Shown here in pieces: positions 20,705-32,164 of a stretch of 64,000 nt of DNA. Origin of the DNA: an uncultured delta proteobacterium (GTDB lineage: Bacteria > Desulfobacterota > Binatia > UBA9968); assembly GCA_963755715.1 (NCBI GenBank), contig CAVWLW010000059.1:128001-192000 (forward strand). The letters run 5' to 3'. Made by a program: the position numbers and the translations under genes. Below the pieces are notes generated by a model that searched no databases, was not told the origin of the DNA, and worked only from the letters and a program-made list of their open reading frames with translations. Each line of letters starts with the position of its first letter. The stretch's first letter is position 1.

Positions 20705-21887
20705 ATGATTAGGAAGATTCTGATTGCTGGCGCCGGGATTGGCGGCCTAACGGCGGCTTCCTGTCTGATGAAGGCGGGCTATGACGTCGAGGTCTATGAG
20801 CAGGCACCGGAGTTGAGCGAGATCGGCGCCGGCATACAGCTCAGCGCCAATGCGATGCATGTTCTTAACGACCTCGGTCTTGGCAAGGCAATTGCCAAAT
20901 TGTCGGTTCGGCCCGGCGCTTATGTCTTTCGACTCCATGATACCGGCGAGATCATCGGCCAGTTTCCGCTCGCCGATGAGCATGAGAGACTGAACGGCGC
21001 GCCGTACAATCAACTCCACCGGGCTGACCTTCACGATTTGCTCGCTGCCAAGGCACGAGACTTTAATAAGGACGTCGTGCGGCTGAACCGCCGGGTCGCG
21101 GGCTTCGAAGAAAGTGACGCCGGTGTCGAGTTGTTCTTCGCGGATGGCTCCAGAGCCAGAGGCGATCTTTTAATCGGCGCGGACGGCGTCAAATCCGCAG
21201 TGCGCGCCCAGATCGCAGGTGCAGACCACGCAACGTATACCGGCGATGCCGCTTGGCGCTTGACGCTCCCCACCGATCAGCTGCCAGAGCAATTTCATGG
21301 GTGAAGTCATGTCGGTGTGGATGGGCCCCGGACGACACGTGGTTTGTTACTATCTCCGGGGCGGCGCTTTGCTGAATTTCGTGGGTTTGGTCGAGACCGA
21401 AGATATCTCGGAGGAGTCATGGACCGCCAAATTCCCCTGGGAGCGGCTAAAAGCGGATTTCGCGGGTTGGCACGAGAACATTCAGAGCGTCATCGATCGG
21501 GCCGATAAGGACTCGTGCTTTCGCTGGTCGCTCTACTACCGGCCGCCGATCGCAACGTGGAGCACCCGGCGCGCGACATTGCTCGGCGATGCGGTTCATG
21601 CGACGTTGCCTTACCTCGCCCAGGGCGCCTGCATGGCGATCGAAGACGCCGCCGTGCTAACGCGCGCGCTGCAGTCGACCAATGTCGTAGCCGACGCTCT
21701 ACAACTGTACGAACGCAACCGGATCGATCGGACCTCGCGCATCGTCAAGGGGTCGGACGCCAACCGCACGCTGTTTCACATGCGCGATCAGGAGAAACTT
21801 CGCCAGGCTTTTGCGGCGCGCGACGAAGGAGCCGATCGGAATGCTTGGCTCTACTCTTACAATCCGTTGACCGTGACGCTCACGTGA
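20705..21887 (+). CDS. Salicylate/3-hydroxybenzoate hydroxylase-like flavin monooxygenase, frameshifted near 21295
   Basis: GAGIGG, EIGAGIQL, LIGADG, LLGDAVH..LP..AQGACMAIED. Confidence 0.85.
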
Positions 21888-22105
21888 CAACTGACCCGTC
21901 TCCTCCACCACAGAAGCCGCAGCTGATCGTTCCACTCAACAGCGCGCACGATGCTCACGCTGAGACTCAAGTGATCGGGCTGATTCTGCGATCAAACTGA
22001 GCAGAAGACATTTACTTTAGCCACGAAGCGCTGCCGATCCGGCGCCGGCAAAAAATTCACTGCCGAAATCCGCTCCCAAACCGTCTAGACTGGCCGCTGA
22101 TTGGC

Positions 22106-22579
22106 TTAGCCCTGCCATTCATAGGTCAACGCCGGAAAGTCGATGACCAGAGTACCGCCCGCCTTGACGTGGCGTGGCAGTTTGTCGGCGTCCTTTAACC
22201 CACGCTCGCAATAGAGCTCGAAAAGATTCCCCGACGGGTCGCGAAAATACATGAGCGCTTCCACGCCGTGCCGGGTCCACGGCTGATGAGTTCGCACGCC
22301 GTTGGCCTTGAGGTGCTCGATGAACGGATAAAAGTTCTCGCCCGTCATGGTGAAGGCATAGTGCGGAAACTCCGCGTTGGGGCCGGTCCAGCCGCCTTCT
22401 TGCTCTGACAAACCGATGATCGCTCCGCCCACGCGGACCTCGGCGAATTTCGGATTCGATTCCAACACGATTTCACCGCCGAGGACTTCAGTGTAAAAAC
22501 GCTTCGCCTCTTTCAGATTCCGCACTGGAATGCTCGCATGGTTCAAAGCGCCGACTTTGGGCTTGTTGGAATCAGGCAT
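22106..22579 (-). CDS. VOC (glyoxalase/Fos-like) family protein
   Basis: LNHASIPV, PHYAF, YFRDPSGNLFEL. Confidence 0.85.
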   Translation of the reverse strand: MPDSNKPKVGALNHASIPVRNLKEAKRFYTEVLGGEIVLESNPKFAEVRVGGAIIGLSEQEGGWTGPNAEFPHYAFTMTGENFYPFIEHLKANGVRTHQPWTRHGVEALMYFRDPSGNLFELYCERGLKDADKLPRHVKAGGTLVIDFPALTYEWQG

Positions 22580-22770
22580 AGTCTCCTCCTTAATTTAGGA
22601 TGCAATGGGTTCGGTGCACTTAGGGAACTTACAATGGAACGATTTTACGAGTCAATGTTTTGATTGTTTCGTCGAGATAGATTAAGAGTTGTAAATTAGT
22701 ACGCTAGTCAAGCCGACACGTACGGAGTATAGGACATAAAGTTCGAGAGACTTTTTGCAAAGCGGTTTAT

Positions 22771-23961
22771 ATGAAGCATAGCACCGACAGGATTCTAACC
22801 ACGCATGTTGGCAGCCTGCCTCGCCCGGAAGATATGCTGGCGGCCTTGACGGCAAAGATGCGCGGCCAACTGATTGACGAACAGGCTTTGGACGCGCGGC
22901 TACCCCGAGCCGTAGCGGACGTCGTCCGCCAACAAGTCGATCACGGCCTCGACGTGATCGACGACGGCGAAGTGGGCAAACCGAGCTTCATCTTGTACGC
23001 GGATGAGCGTCTGTCCGGGTTCGAACAGCGCGATGCGCCGGAAAGCGAGATCGCGCGAGCGCGTCACTACCTGGCAGGCTCTCGGGAGTTCCTAGCGTTT
23101 CCCGAGTACTACCAACCAGAAACGGCGGCATCGCGTGGCACCGAAGGTCAGCGGCCGCGCCAATCCGTCTGCACCGGACCGATTGCCTATAAGGGACACA
23201 AACAATTGCAGCGCGACATCGCGAACTTCAAAGCGGCTCTGAACAAGGTTAGCGCGGTGGAAGCGTTTCTGCCCGCAGTTTCGCCGAACCAGATCGCTTA
23301 CCGCCGGCCCAACGAATACTACCGCACGACCGAGGAGTACGAGCTTGCCATCGCCGAAGCGCTGCGCGAGGAGTATAAGACGATCGTCGATGCCGGCTTG
23401 CTGTTGCAGATCGATGACCCGCAACTGGTCACCCATTACATGCGCAATCCGGATCTCAGCATCGAAGATTATCGCCGCTGGGCGGAGCAACACGTGGAAC
23501 TGCTCAACCATACGCTGCGTGACATTCCCCGGGAAAAGATCCGATTCCATACTTGTTACAGCGTGGCCTTCGGGCCGCGCATCCACGACATGGAGCTGAA
23601 AGATGTCATCGACCTCGTCGTGAAGATCCGCGCCGGCGCCCATTCCTTCGAAGCAGCCAATCCGCGCCACGAGCATGAGTGGAAACTCTGGGAATCGGTC
23701 AAGCTGCCAGACGGGACCCTTCTGATTCCCGGTGTGATCACGCAATCGACGGCCGTCGTGGAGCACCCGGAGCTGGTCGCGCAGCGAATCGAGCGCTTCG
23801 CCGGCATCGTGGGAAAGGAGAATGTCATCGCCGGCGTCGACTGCGGCTTCGCCAGCACCGCGCGCTCCGCCGACATGCCGACCAGCGTAGTCTGGGCGAA
23901 GCTCGATGCGTTGGTGGCAGGCGCGCGTATCGCAAGCAAGCGTCTTTGGGGTCGTGGGTAG
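22771..23961 (+). CDS. Cobalamin-independent methionine synthase II core (MetE-like Zn thiol transferase)
   Basis: THVGSLPRP, LQIDDP, HTC Zn motif, EAANPRHEHEW, DCGF. Confidence 0.85.
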   Translation: MKHSTDRILTTHVGSLPRPEDMLAALTAKMRGQLIDEQALDARLPRAVADVVRQQVDHGLDVIDDGEVGKPSFILYADERLSGFEQRDAPESEIARARHYLAGSREFLAFPEYYQPETAASRGTEGQRPRQSVCTGPIAYKGHKQLQRDIANFKAALNKVSAVEAFLPAVSPNQIAYRRPNEYYRTTEEYELAIAEALREEYKTIVDAGLLLQIDDPQLVTHYMRNPDLSIEDYRRWAEQHVELLNHTLRDIPREKIRFHTCYSVAFGPRIHDMELKDVIDLVVKIRAGAHSFEAANPRHEHEWKLWESVKLPDGTLLIPGVITQSTAVVEHPELVAQRIERFAGIVGKENVIAGVDCGFASTARSADMPTSVVWAKLDALVAGARIASKRLWGRG

Positions 23962-24005
23962 CCGAGTTCGAAAATTTAGAGACCCAAACGTAAAGGAGGG
24001 ATGAG

Positions 24006-24989
24006 ATGGACAGCCAGGCAGCACAGTTGCAAGAAGCAAAAATAGAGGTGCCGACGCCTTGCGGCCTTAGTCATATCGCCATTCCCAGCCGCGATCTGGA
24101 TCAATCGAAGCAATTTTTTGTCGATGTCTTAGGCGGAAACCTGACTGTCGATGCACCGGCGCTCGCTCGGGTGCGCTTTGGCAATTTCGCTATCGTCCTC
24201 GCGCCACAGTCGGGCGGGGCGACACCAGCGCATGCGGAGTATCCCCATTACGCTTTCACGGTGGCACCCGAAGATTTCATGGGCATCAAGCGGCGATTGG
24301 AAGCCTTCGGCGTTCCGACGCATGATCCCTGGGGCCGAATGAACCGCCCTCATGCGCTGATGTATTTCCGCGATCCATCCGGCAATCAGTTCGAGCTTTT
24401 CTGTCCGAGCGGCTTTAATGCCGTGCCCCTGCGGCTTGGAAGTCGCGCCGGTGGAGACTATGCGATTGACTTCGCCGCACTATGCTACAGCAAACTCCAA
24501 AAGCCCGTGACAGGAATCGAGCTCCCCAAAGTCGGTCCCGGAGGATACAATCACATGACCCTGCCGGTGCGCGACATGCACGAGGCCAAGCGCTTCTTCG
24601 TCATCGTGCTCGGCGCCACTGTGGCATTCGAACGACCGGCACACATCACCGTGATCGTCGGCGGCGCCGAAATCGGCTTGTCCTCGGAGGCTGGTGGCTG
24701 GACCGCGGCCGATGCGGAATATCCGCACTACAGTTTTCTTGTCAAGCCGGCGGATATGATTCCTCTTAAGGAGCGTCTGGAGAGCTACGGCGTTCCAACG
24801 TCCGAGGTGTGGAGCCGCAATGGCATCGACGCCGTAATGTATTTTCGCGATCCATCCGGCACCTTGTGGGAATTGTATTGTGAGAGCGGATTCAGCGGAG
24901 CCGTGCGTCGGGGAGTCTCGGCGGGCGGCGACTACATACCGGATGTCACCGCGCTCAATTACGATACCTGGAAGGATCCGGCGAAGTAA
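24006..24989 (+). CDS. Tandem two-domain VOC protein
   Basis: Two repeats of H..IP/LP, EYPHY.F, MYFRDPSG. Confidence 0.85.
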   Translation: MDSQAAQLQEAKIEVPTPCGLSHIAIPSRDLDQSKQFFVDVLGGNLTVDAPALARVRFGNFAIVLAPQSGGATPAHAEYPHYAFTVAPEDFMGIKRRLEAFGVPTHDPWGRMNRPHALMYFRDPSGNQFELFCPSGFNAVPLRLGSRAGGDYAIDFAALCYSKLQKPVTGIELPKVGPGGYNHMTLPVRDMHEAKRFFVIVLGATVAFERPAHITVIVGGAEIGLSSEAGGWTAADAEYPHYSFLVKPADMIPLKERLESYGVPTSEVWSRNGIDAVMYFRDPSGTLWELYCESGFSGAVRRGVSAGGDYIPDVTALNYDTWKDPAK

Positions 24990-25031
24990 GTAACTGACAA
25001 AAACTCATTCAACGGCATTACGAAACGGCGG

Positions 25032-26150
25032 CTAACGCGGCAGGATTGAATTGACGAAGTCGACGACTTCATCTCTCAAGACAACAAACGGCTCTTTGTA
25101 ATCCGCCAGATACGTAACACCCTCCTTCGGCACTAAAACGTCGGGGATATGGTCGCTAGAAACGTCGCGACGACGACTCGTCAGTCCCGTCGCTTTGCTC
25201 CAGACATGCTGCGCGTCCCGGGAAAATAGATAGTCAAGGTACACTTTTGCCGCGTTGGCGTGGGGCGCGTTACGCGGCACCATGACCGTACCGTTACTCG
25301 CCGAGATGACGCCCCCCTCCTGTAAGGCTGCACTGCCAAAAAGCTCGACGGGTAGCCCCTTGTTCTTCATTTCAAAAGCCTGTGTGCCGCTTGGGCCGAT
25401 AGCGATCGGATAGCGACCGCGCGCGACAAAATCCAAGAGCTGGCGTTCGTCGTTTGATAGCGAGACGTCCTGTGTGGTGAACAGCTGTCGCATGAAACTT
25501 TTGCCGAAGCCTTGCGACTCTTTGATATACCAGAATGTCACCCAGCCTTGGCTCGCGCCGGCGCGCGCGGGATTGAGCATAGTAATCTTGCCTTTCCACT
25601 CCGGGCTAAGAAAATCTTTCCACGACCTGATCTTGCCGGAAGGCACCAGGTCTCGGTTGTAGACAAACGCCACCTGCAGTCGGTTGCCGAAGACCAGATT
25701 GTATTTTTCGGCGTTGTCGGAAAAATCGAATTTGCCTCCCTTCCACTTTGACAGGTCCTGGCTCTCCGGTCCGACCAGGTACGGCTGGATAGGGATGATC
25801 GCGTTGGCGGGAATCAGGCTCTCGATCGCCGTGATCGTGCCGGCAATAACCAAGTCGGTCCGATAAACGCCCGCCGAGAGCTCGTTGAGAAGCTTCGGCG
25901 CCACTTGAGCACCCGCCATCCCGTTGTAGTCTACCCGGATGCCGGGATACTTCTTCTGAAACCCCTCTGTAAAGGCGTCCCGTACGTCTGCCCCCGCCGG
26001 TCCCATAATTACTACTCTTCCTTCTCCCTTGGCTGCGGCGACGGTTTTTTCCCATTCGGAAATCTTGGGCGCGGATGCGGCCACGGCCAGTGGCGCAAAG
26101 CAGAAAATGCCTACGCCTATCGTTAATGCCAGTGCAAGTTTTCGTCTCAT
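25032..26150 (-). CDS. ABC extracellular solute-binding protein
   Basis: WEKTVAAAKGEG, PEWKGKI, APHANAAKVY. Confidence 0.85.
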   Translation of the reverse strand: MRRKLALALTIGVGIFCFAPLAVAASAPKISEWEKTVAAAKGEGRVVIMGPAGADVRDAFTEGFQKKYPGIRVDYNGMAGAQVAPKLLNELSAGVYRTDLVIAGTITAIESLIPANAIIPIQPYLVGPESQDLSKWKGGKFDFSDNAEKYNLVFGNRLQVAFVYNRDLVPSGKIRSWKDFLSPEWKGKITMLNPARAGASQGWVTFWYIKESQGFGKSFMRQLFTTQDVSLSNDERQLLDFVARGRYPIAIGPSGTQAFEMKNKGLPVELFGSAALQEGGVISASNGTVMVPRNAPHANAAKVYLDYLFSRDAQHVWSKATGLTSRRRDVSSDHIPDVLVPKEGVTYLADYKEPFVVLRDEVVDFVNSILPR

Positions 26151-26392
26151 GGCGGAGATCTCCTTATTGGCGGACCCATGCTTGAAATTGTTCTCGGCGG
26201 ATTCTAGTTACCGCGTTCTTGCGCGTCAATGATCCGATTGTTTCTACTGGAGAAATTGTCAATTGCGAAATTGTATAGTACCCAACACCTATGGGTAAGA
26301 CGTATATAATTACTTCTGACCGAGGGCCTCTAACACTTGTTCGCGACTGAATTGGTTAGAGAGGTCGGCGCCATCCGGAGACAGGAGCAGGA

Positions 26393-27463
26393 ATGATGAA
26401 AGCTTTAAGCTTATCGACTGTTTTTATCTTGGCGGTTTTGTTTTTGAGCGGGCATGCGCATAGTCAAACTGACGCGGAGGGAATCCTCGCGAGCGTCAAC
26501 GCCCTGCCGCCGAAACAAAGAATGGAAGTCTTGATCGCGGAGGCGCGCAAAGAAGGCTTTATTGAGTGGTATGGCTCGCTCTTGGTTCCGGAAGCCACAC
26601 AGATTATCGAAAAGTTCAGACAGCGATATCCGTTCGTTGAAGTCAAATATTCCCGCGGTAGCGGGACACAGGTCATCAATCGATTTCTCACTGAGTCTAA
26701 GGCGGGTTCTTACCGAGCCGACGTCATCGGTGCCCGGACTAACTTCCACCCCACCCTGATGAAAGCGAATCTAGTGGCGAAGAACCTTGCGCCGTTTCGA
26801 CAGGAGCTCCGCGAAGGCTTTATCGACAAAGCCGGCTACCTTCTTGGCCAGCACACTTTCGGCCTGGTGATCGGCTACAACAATAGAAATATTCCGCCCA
26901 ACAAGATTCCCCAGTCTTATCAAGATTTGCTCAACCCGGAATGGAAGGGACAAATGGGCCTGGACATCGAGTCTTACGACTGGCTCGCCGGCGTCCTCGA
27001 CACCATGGGAGAAGAGAAGGGGATGGATTTTGCCAAGAAACTCGCGGCGCAGAGCGTCCATGTCCAACGCGGCCATTCGCTGTTGATGCAGCTCGTGGCG
27101 GCGGGCGAGTTGAAACTGGAGATCGACAGCTATCACTATCAGATTAGCGAGTTTAGAAAAAAAGGCGCTCCCCTCGATTTATCCATTCCCGATCCGATGG
27201 TGGTCAAAGAACCGAGCGGAATTTGGATTCCCAAGCGCGCTCCGCATCCGCATGCCGCTGCGTTGCTCGTCGACTTTCTTTTTTCGCGCGAAGGGCAGCA
27301 AATCCTCGCCGGCCTTTCGGTCCTCGTCGCCAGAAAAGATATTGCGTGGGACTTCGGCGGGAAGCCGGTCAAAGGCATCCACGTTCTTTCGGCTGAGAAG
27401 TGGGGGTCGAAATACAACGATCTCGCGCGCCAGTTCGATGAGATATTCCGTAAAGCTAAATGA
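26393..27463 (+). CDS. ABC extracellular solute-binding protein
   Basis: EARKEG, DLLNPEWKG, APHPHAAALLVDFLFSREGQ. Confidence 0.85.
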   Translation: MMKALSLSTVFILAVLFLSGHAHSQTDAEGILASVNALPPKQRMEVLIAEARKEGFIEWYGSLLVPEATQIIEKFRQRYPFVEVKYSRGSGTQVINRFLTESKAGSYRADVIGARTNFHPTLMKANLVAKNLAPFRQELREGFIDKAGYLLGQHTFGLVIGYNNRNIPPNKIPQSYQDLLNPEWKGQMGLDIESYDWLAGVLDTMGEEKGMDFAKKLAAQSVHVQRGHSLLMQLVAAGELKLEIDSYHYQISEFRKKGAPLDLSIPDPMVVKEPSGIWIPKRAPHPHAAALLVDFLFSREGQQILAGLSVLVARKDIAWDFGGKPVKGIHVLSAEKWGSKYNDLARQFDEIFRKAK

Positions 27464-27678
27464 AACGGTAAGCAAAAAAGGGGGGAAACGAACTCTTAGA
27501 GGTTTTTCTCACCGTCGCAAGAGAGCGCTAGCTGTACCCTGACATAGTCACGTTGCTATTAACCGCTGTAAGATTCACTTTGCTAAAACAGAGTCAAAAA
27601 AGTTGGTTGACTGCCTTCGGAGTGGGTGATACGAGCGGGCATTGAGATCTATCAGTCAGGAAAAGAGGGGAAATTTCA

Positions 27679-28787
27679 ATGTGCCGTTTCCTGATCATGC
27701 TCGGGACCGTATTATTTCTCTCCTTAGATTCCGGTTTCCCGCTAATGACTCTGGCCGCCACGCCTGAGTTCATGGGATTCTCTTCTTGCCAAAGCGCGGG
27801 CGGAAGGAAGTGTAACAGTTGCGGGTCCGGGTACAGTGAGCGCCCGGCGTTCACTGACAAAGCCATTCGAAGATCGTTTCGGTATTCGAGTTGAGTACGA
27901 CGGTAGCCGCGGTTCAGACCAGAGAACACAGATCATCAACCAACGGGCGGCAGGAATATATCAAGCGGATTTGTGGATCACGGGTTTCGGCACCTTCGAA
28001 GGCCTCGACGTCCCATCGTTTTTCGAGCCTTTGGAACCGCTATTGCTGCTTCCAGAGGTGAAGGATCCCAAGACTTGGCTTAACGGATATTTGTGGCATG
28101 ACGCCAAGGACCGGCGAATCTTTGGCCATTCTGCGAGACTTTTTGGTGGCCTCGCCGTAAATCCCCAGAATATCAAGGCTGATGCGGTGACCTCGCTCAA
28201 AGACCTGCTGAGACCCCAGTACAAAGGTAAGATTATTTCCGATGACGCGAGAGTTGCCGGAGTAGGCCAGGGGTTTTTTACTTATCTTTACATGGGAAAG
28301 GAATTTGGCTTTGGGCCAAGCTTCATAAAGAAACTGATTGAAGAGCCAGGATCTTATTTTTACTCGGAACTCTAGGCAGGCAGCCGATTGGATCGCCAAT
28401 GGGCGATACTTATTGTGGCCTGCCCCTGATACGCGGCCGGTTGCCGAACTTATGACCAAAGGAGTCCCCATAGAGCACCGGTGCCTAGAAGATGGACAAT
28501 GGCTCTCCATGGGCAGCGGCGGCGTGGGGCTGTTCAACAAGGCGCCGCATCCTAGTGCAGCAGGCATCTATTTGAATTGGCTCCTGAGCAAGGAGGGACA
28601 GGCTCATTATGCCGAAGGAGGAGACACGGCGAGTCGCAGGCTTGATGTACCCGCGAAGATCACTCCTTGCTTTGTGCCGAAAGCGGGTAAGAATTATTTC
28701 TGGGTTGATAAGCCGGAAGCGCTTGAGATGAGAAAACCAGGCGGGGAACTGGTGCAATTTTTAAAATCGATCTACACCGGAAATTGA
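27679..28787 (+). CDS. ABC extracellular solute-binding protein with at least two frameshifts
   Basis: Fragments 27679-, 27836- and 28338- join into one SBP (DLLRPQYKGKI, APHPSAA..YLNWLLSKEGQ). Confidence 0.75.
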
Positions 28788-28848
28788 CGACGGACATTCA
28801 TTCTCGGAAAAATTTATTTTCTGCAGCGCAGCTGAGAGGAGGATACTT

Positions 28849-29943
28849 ATGGGGCTGATAATCGATGCCGATACGCATGTCGCGGAGTCGGAACAAATGT
28901 GGGCGTTGTTGGAAACACAGGTTTACTCTCGACGGCCAATCATGATGCGTGTTCCCGACGACACCGTTTACGGATCGAGCAATGCCTTTTGGTTGATCGA
29001 CGGAAACATCGCTCCAAAGCCGGCCGGCAAAGGCGGAAACCGGCTGATTACTCCCTCGGCGTCCAAACAGCGAGCTCATCGAGGACGGATATACCTGTCG
29101 AATCCAGAGAACTGACGGAGCCAACGTTTGCGTCTTAAAGACATGGACCGGCTCCATGTCGATGTACAGGTAGTTTATCCGACGCTTTTTCTGGTTTATC
29201 TGACGGATGACGTGGAATTAGAAATCGCCTTGAGCAAGGCTTACAACCGGTTCATGAGCGAGGCTTGTTCAAATGACGGGCATCGCTTGAGGTGGGTGGC
29301 GGTCCTACCGCTGAGGTCCGTTGAGGATTCACTCAAGGAGATAAAGTGGGCCAAGGATCATGGTGCAGTGGGGCTGTTCTTCCGCGGCCTTGAGAAGGAC
29401 CGCAATTTGGACGATCCCTATTTTTTCCCGGTGTACCAGGCGGCCATGGATCACGACCTTTCCATTTGCATACACACGGGGGCTGGCTCACCGGTGATGT
29501 CGAGCCTGTTCAACGTTGACCGTCATTCGGTATTTTGTCATGGCAGACTTCTTCCCTTGATCGCGTTCAGGAACCTTGTGGCCAATCGCATACCAGAACT
29601 TTTTCCGACCCTAAAATTCGGCTTCATAGAAGCGTCCGCCGGCTGGATACCCTTTCTACTCCACGCTTTAAGAAGACAGTTCCGTGGGAGATGGTCGGAG
29701 TTGTCGAGCCCGGAGCTGTTTCAGAAATACCGGTTCTACGTGGCTTGCGAGGCCGACGAGGACGTTGCGTATTTGTCGCAATATATAGGGGAAGATAATC
29801 TGATCATCGGCTCCGATTACGGCCACAACGATCCTTCGGAGGAAGGTGACCTTGTGCGTACGATAAGGGCCCGTGAGGATATCCCCGCGCGTATGGCTGA
29901 AAGAATTCTTTCCGATAATCCAAAACGGTTCTATAACTTGTAG
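28849..29943 (+). CDS. Amidohydrolase family 2 protein, frameshifted near 29080
   Basis: IDADTH then YNRF, CIHTG, IGSDYGH; paralog of 253-1299. Confidence 0.85.
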
Positions 29944-30171
29944 AATATTTTTGGGCTGAATGACTTTTGCTGGAAAACGTGGAGTACCGAGTATCAGTTG
30001 GGAGAGGTATGGCCATTGCAGCGCTAGCCAGCGGCTCATGATCAGCCGGTTCTCGTGTACTCACGTGCAAGTGAATGAGTTTGACGCGAGAGGCGATGTA
30101 TTAGCTATTCGAGATCTAATGGCCAAAAGTAACAGGGCCATCCAGATCGCCATGCAGTTTGCGACCGGGAC

Positions 30172-31935
30172 ATGCATCTCATGGATGAAGTCCGACAGGT
30201 GACCGGTCTTAGGCCGGCTGAAAGTAACAGATATTTCCATCTATTTGCCAAACTAAATCCCACCACGCTTCGCTTCGTATTACTCATAGCGATCATCGCT
30301 TGCTTCACCGCATACCCGATTGCGCTGCTTTTTTTGAGTAGTTTCCAGGTTAGCCCGCCGGGACAACCGATCGCGTGGGGCCTGGAAGGATGGCGGATGG
30401 CGTTTAGCGATGCCGCGGTGCCAAAAGCGCTCTGGAATACTTTCGTCCTCGGTTTTACCCGCGTAGCAATTACTACTGTATTATCGGTTTTTTTCGCATG
30501 GGTGATTACCAGAACAGATACACCGGGCAAGGGCTTTATCGAGTTCATGCTCTGGCTCGGCTTTTTTCTGCCTTTGCTTCCAATGACGTTGGGATGGATT
30601 TTGTTGCTGGATCCCAATTACGGCATTCTCAATAAGCTGATCGTAAATTGGCTTGGACATTTCTCGCGGTCCCTTTCAACATATATTCCTACGGCGGCAT
30701 TATTTGGGTGCATCTTGCCTTTAGCACGTGTGTCCGCGTTATACTCTTAACACCCGCCTTCAAAGCTCTTGATGCGACTTTGGAAGAGGCGGCTCACGTG
30801 GCCGGTAGCAGCGCGCATTACAACGCTGACGCGGATTACGGTTCCGGTATTGATGCCCGCGGTCTTCGCGACAACGATGTTGAGCTTCATCAAGAGCATG
30901 GAGTCGATGGAAATTGAAATCGTGCTGGGCGTTCCCGCCCGCATTTTTGTATTCTCAACCTTAGTGTGGGACTACACGCACTTTCAGCCTCCGGCTTACC
31001 ATTCCGCGACGGCCCTCAGCAGCATTTTTCTGGTGGCCGTCTTTGGTCTCATCTGGCTGCAACGAATGATTCTCGGTACGGCCGTGAATACACAACGGTC
31101 GGCGGCCGCGGTTATTCGGTTCGCGTCGCGCGCATAGGACGCTGGCGTTGGGTCGCCTTCGGCTTTTCGGTTGCTTTCATCTTCGTCATGATAGTCTTAC
31201 CGATGGCTGTTCTGGTCGTGGGTACGTTTATGAAGGCCTTCGGCTATTTCTCTATTCCACGAACCTTGGACTCTCAATAACTGGTCAGGGGCCTTTGCTG
31301 ATCCGATCTTACTGCGCTCCTTGCGTAATACCTTGATTTTAGGAGTGGGCGCGGGTGGACTTGGGGCGCTCCTTTACGCAATTCTGGGCTATAACATTGT
31401 CCGCTCACGGGTCATGGGGCGTCAAGTGCTGGAGTTTCTCGCTTGGCTGCCGTGGGCATTGCCCGGAGTACTGATTAGCTTAGCGCTTCTGTGGGCGACA
31501 TTGGGAATCGGGAAGGCCGTTACGCCGCTCTACGGGACACTTTATTTATTGGTCTTGGCAATCATGATCAAGGAACTTCCGTTGGGCACACAGATTGCCA
31601 AAGCGAGCGTCATGCAAATCGGCAAAGAGCTCGAAGAGAGTTCGTTTGTGAGCGGAGCTTCCGGCCCCCTTACCTTCTGTAGGATCATTATTCCTTTATT
31701 GCTGCCGGCGATACTGGCGACCGCTCTGGTGGTATTTGTCTCGGCGGTGCGTGACATTCCCGTGGTGATATTGCTTTCTTCGCCATCGTCGAGACCTCTT
31801 TCTCTACTGATGTTGGATTATATGATGGCCGCTGAAACTGAAAAGGCTACAGTGATCGGAGTATTCGTTGTTTTCATAATTATCGTGGTCGCCTTAATCG
31901 TACGCTTCTTCGGACTAAAAAAGCACATCGACTAG
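30172..31935 (+). CDS. FbpB-like ABC permease (two EAA loops), several frameshifts
   Basis: Hydrophobic helices, LEEAAHVAG and LEESSFVSGA EAA motifs spread over successive frames. Confidence 0.8.
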
Positions 31936-32060
31936 CTCGGCGTCACTCGAAGTCGCAAACCGTAAAACCGCCGGTCATAAATTACATTTAGCTTTCCCGA
32001 GTGTGCGGCGCTTTCCTTTCGCGCTAGTCTAGCAGGTTGCTGAAAAAAGACACTCGTGCT

Positions 32061-32142
32061 TTCCGTAAAGCTAAATGAAACGGTAAGCAAAAAAGGTGGA
32101 ACGAACTCTTAGAGGTTTTTCTCAGCCGTTGCACGAGAGCGC
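32061..32142 (+). repeat. Direct repeat of 27446-27528 (SBP stop region and downstream DNA)
   Basis: TTCCGTAAAGCTAAATGAAACGGTAAGCAAAAAAGG...ACGAACTCTTAGAGGTTTTTCTCA at both sites. Confidence 0.92.
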
Positions 32143-32164
32143 CACCACGGGAAACTGTTTCTCA

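Noticed and set aside
23092-24039. Long antisense ORFs (also 37269-38099, 49153-50328, 53814-54851, 61553-62521)
   Set aside because: Shadow frames opposite well-supported genes in GC-rich DNA, with no motifs
26328-26361. CTCTAAC...GTTAGAG hairpin resembling an attC core
   Set aside because: Too short, no L boxes, and located in a divergent promoter region
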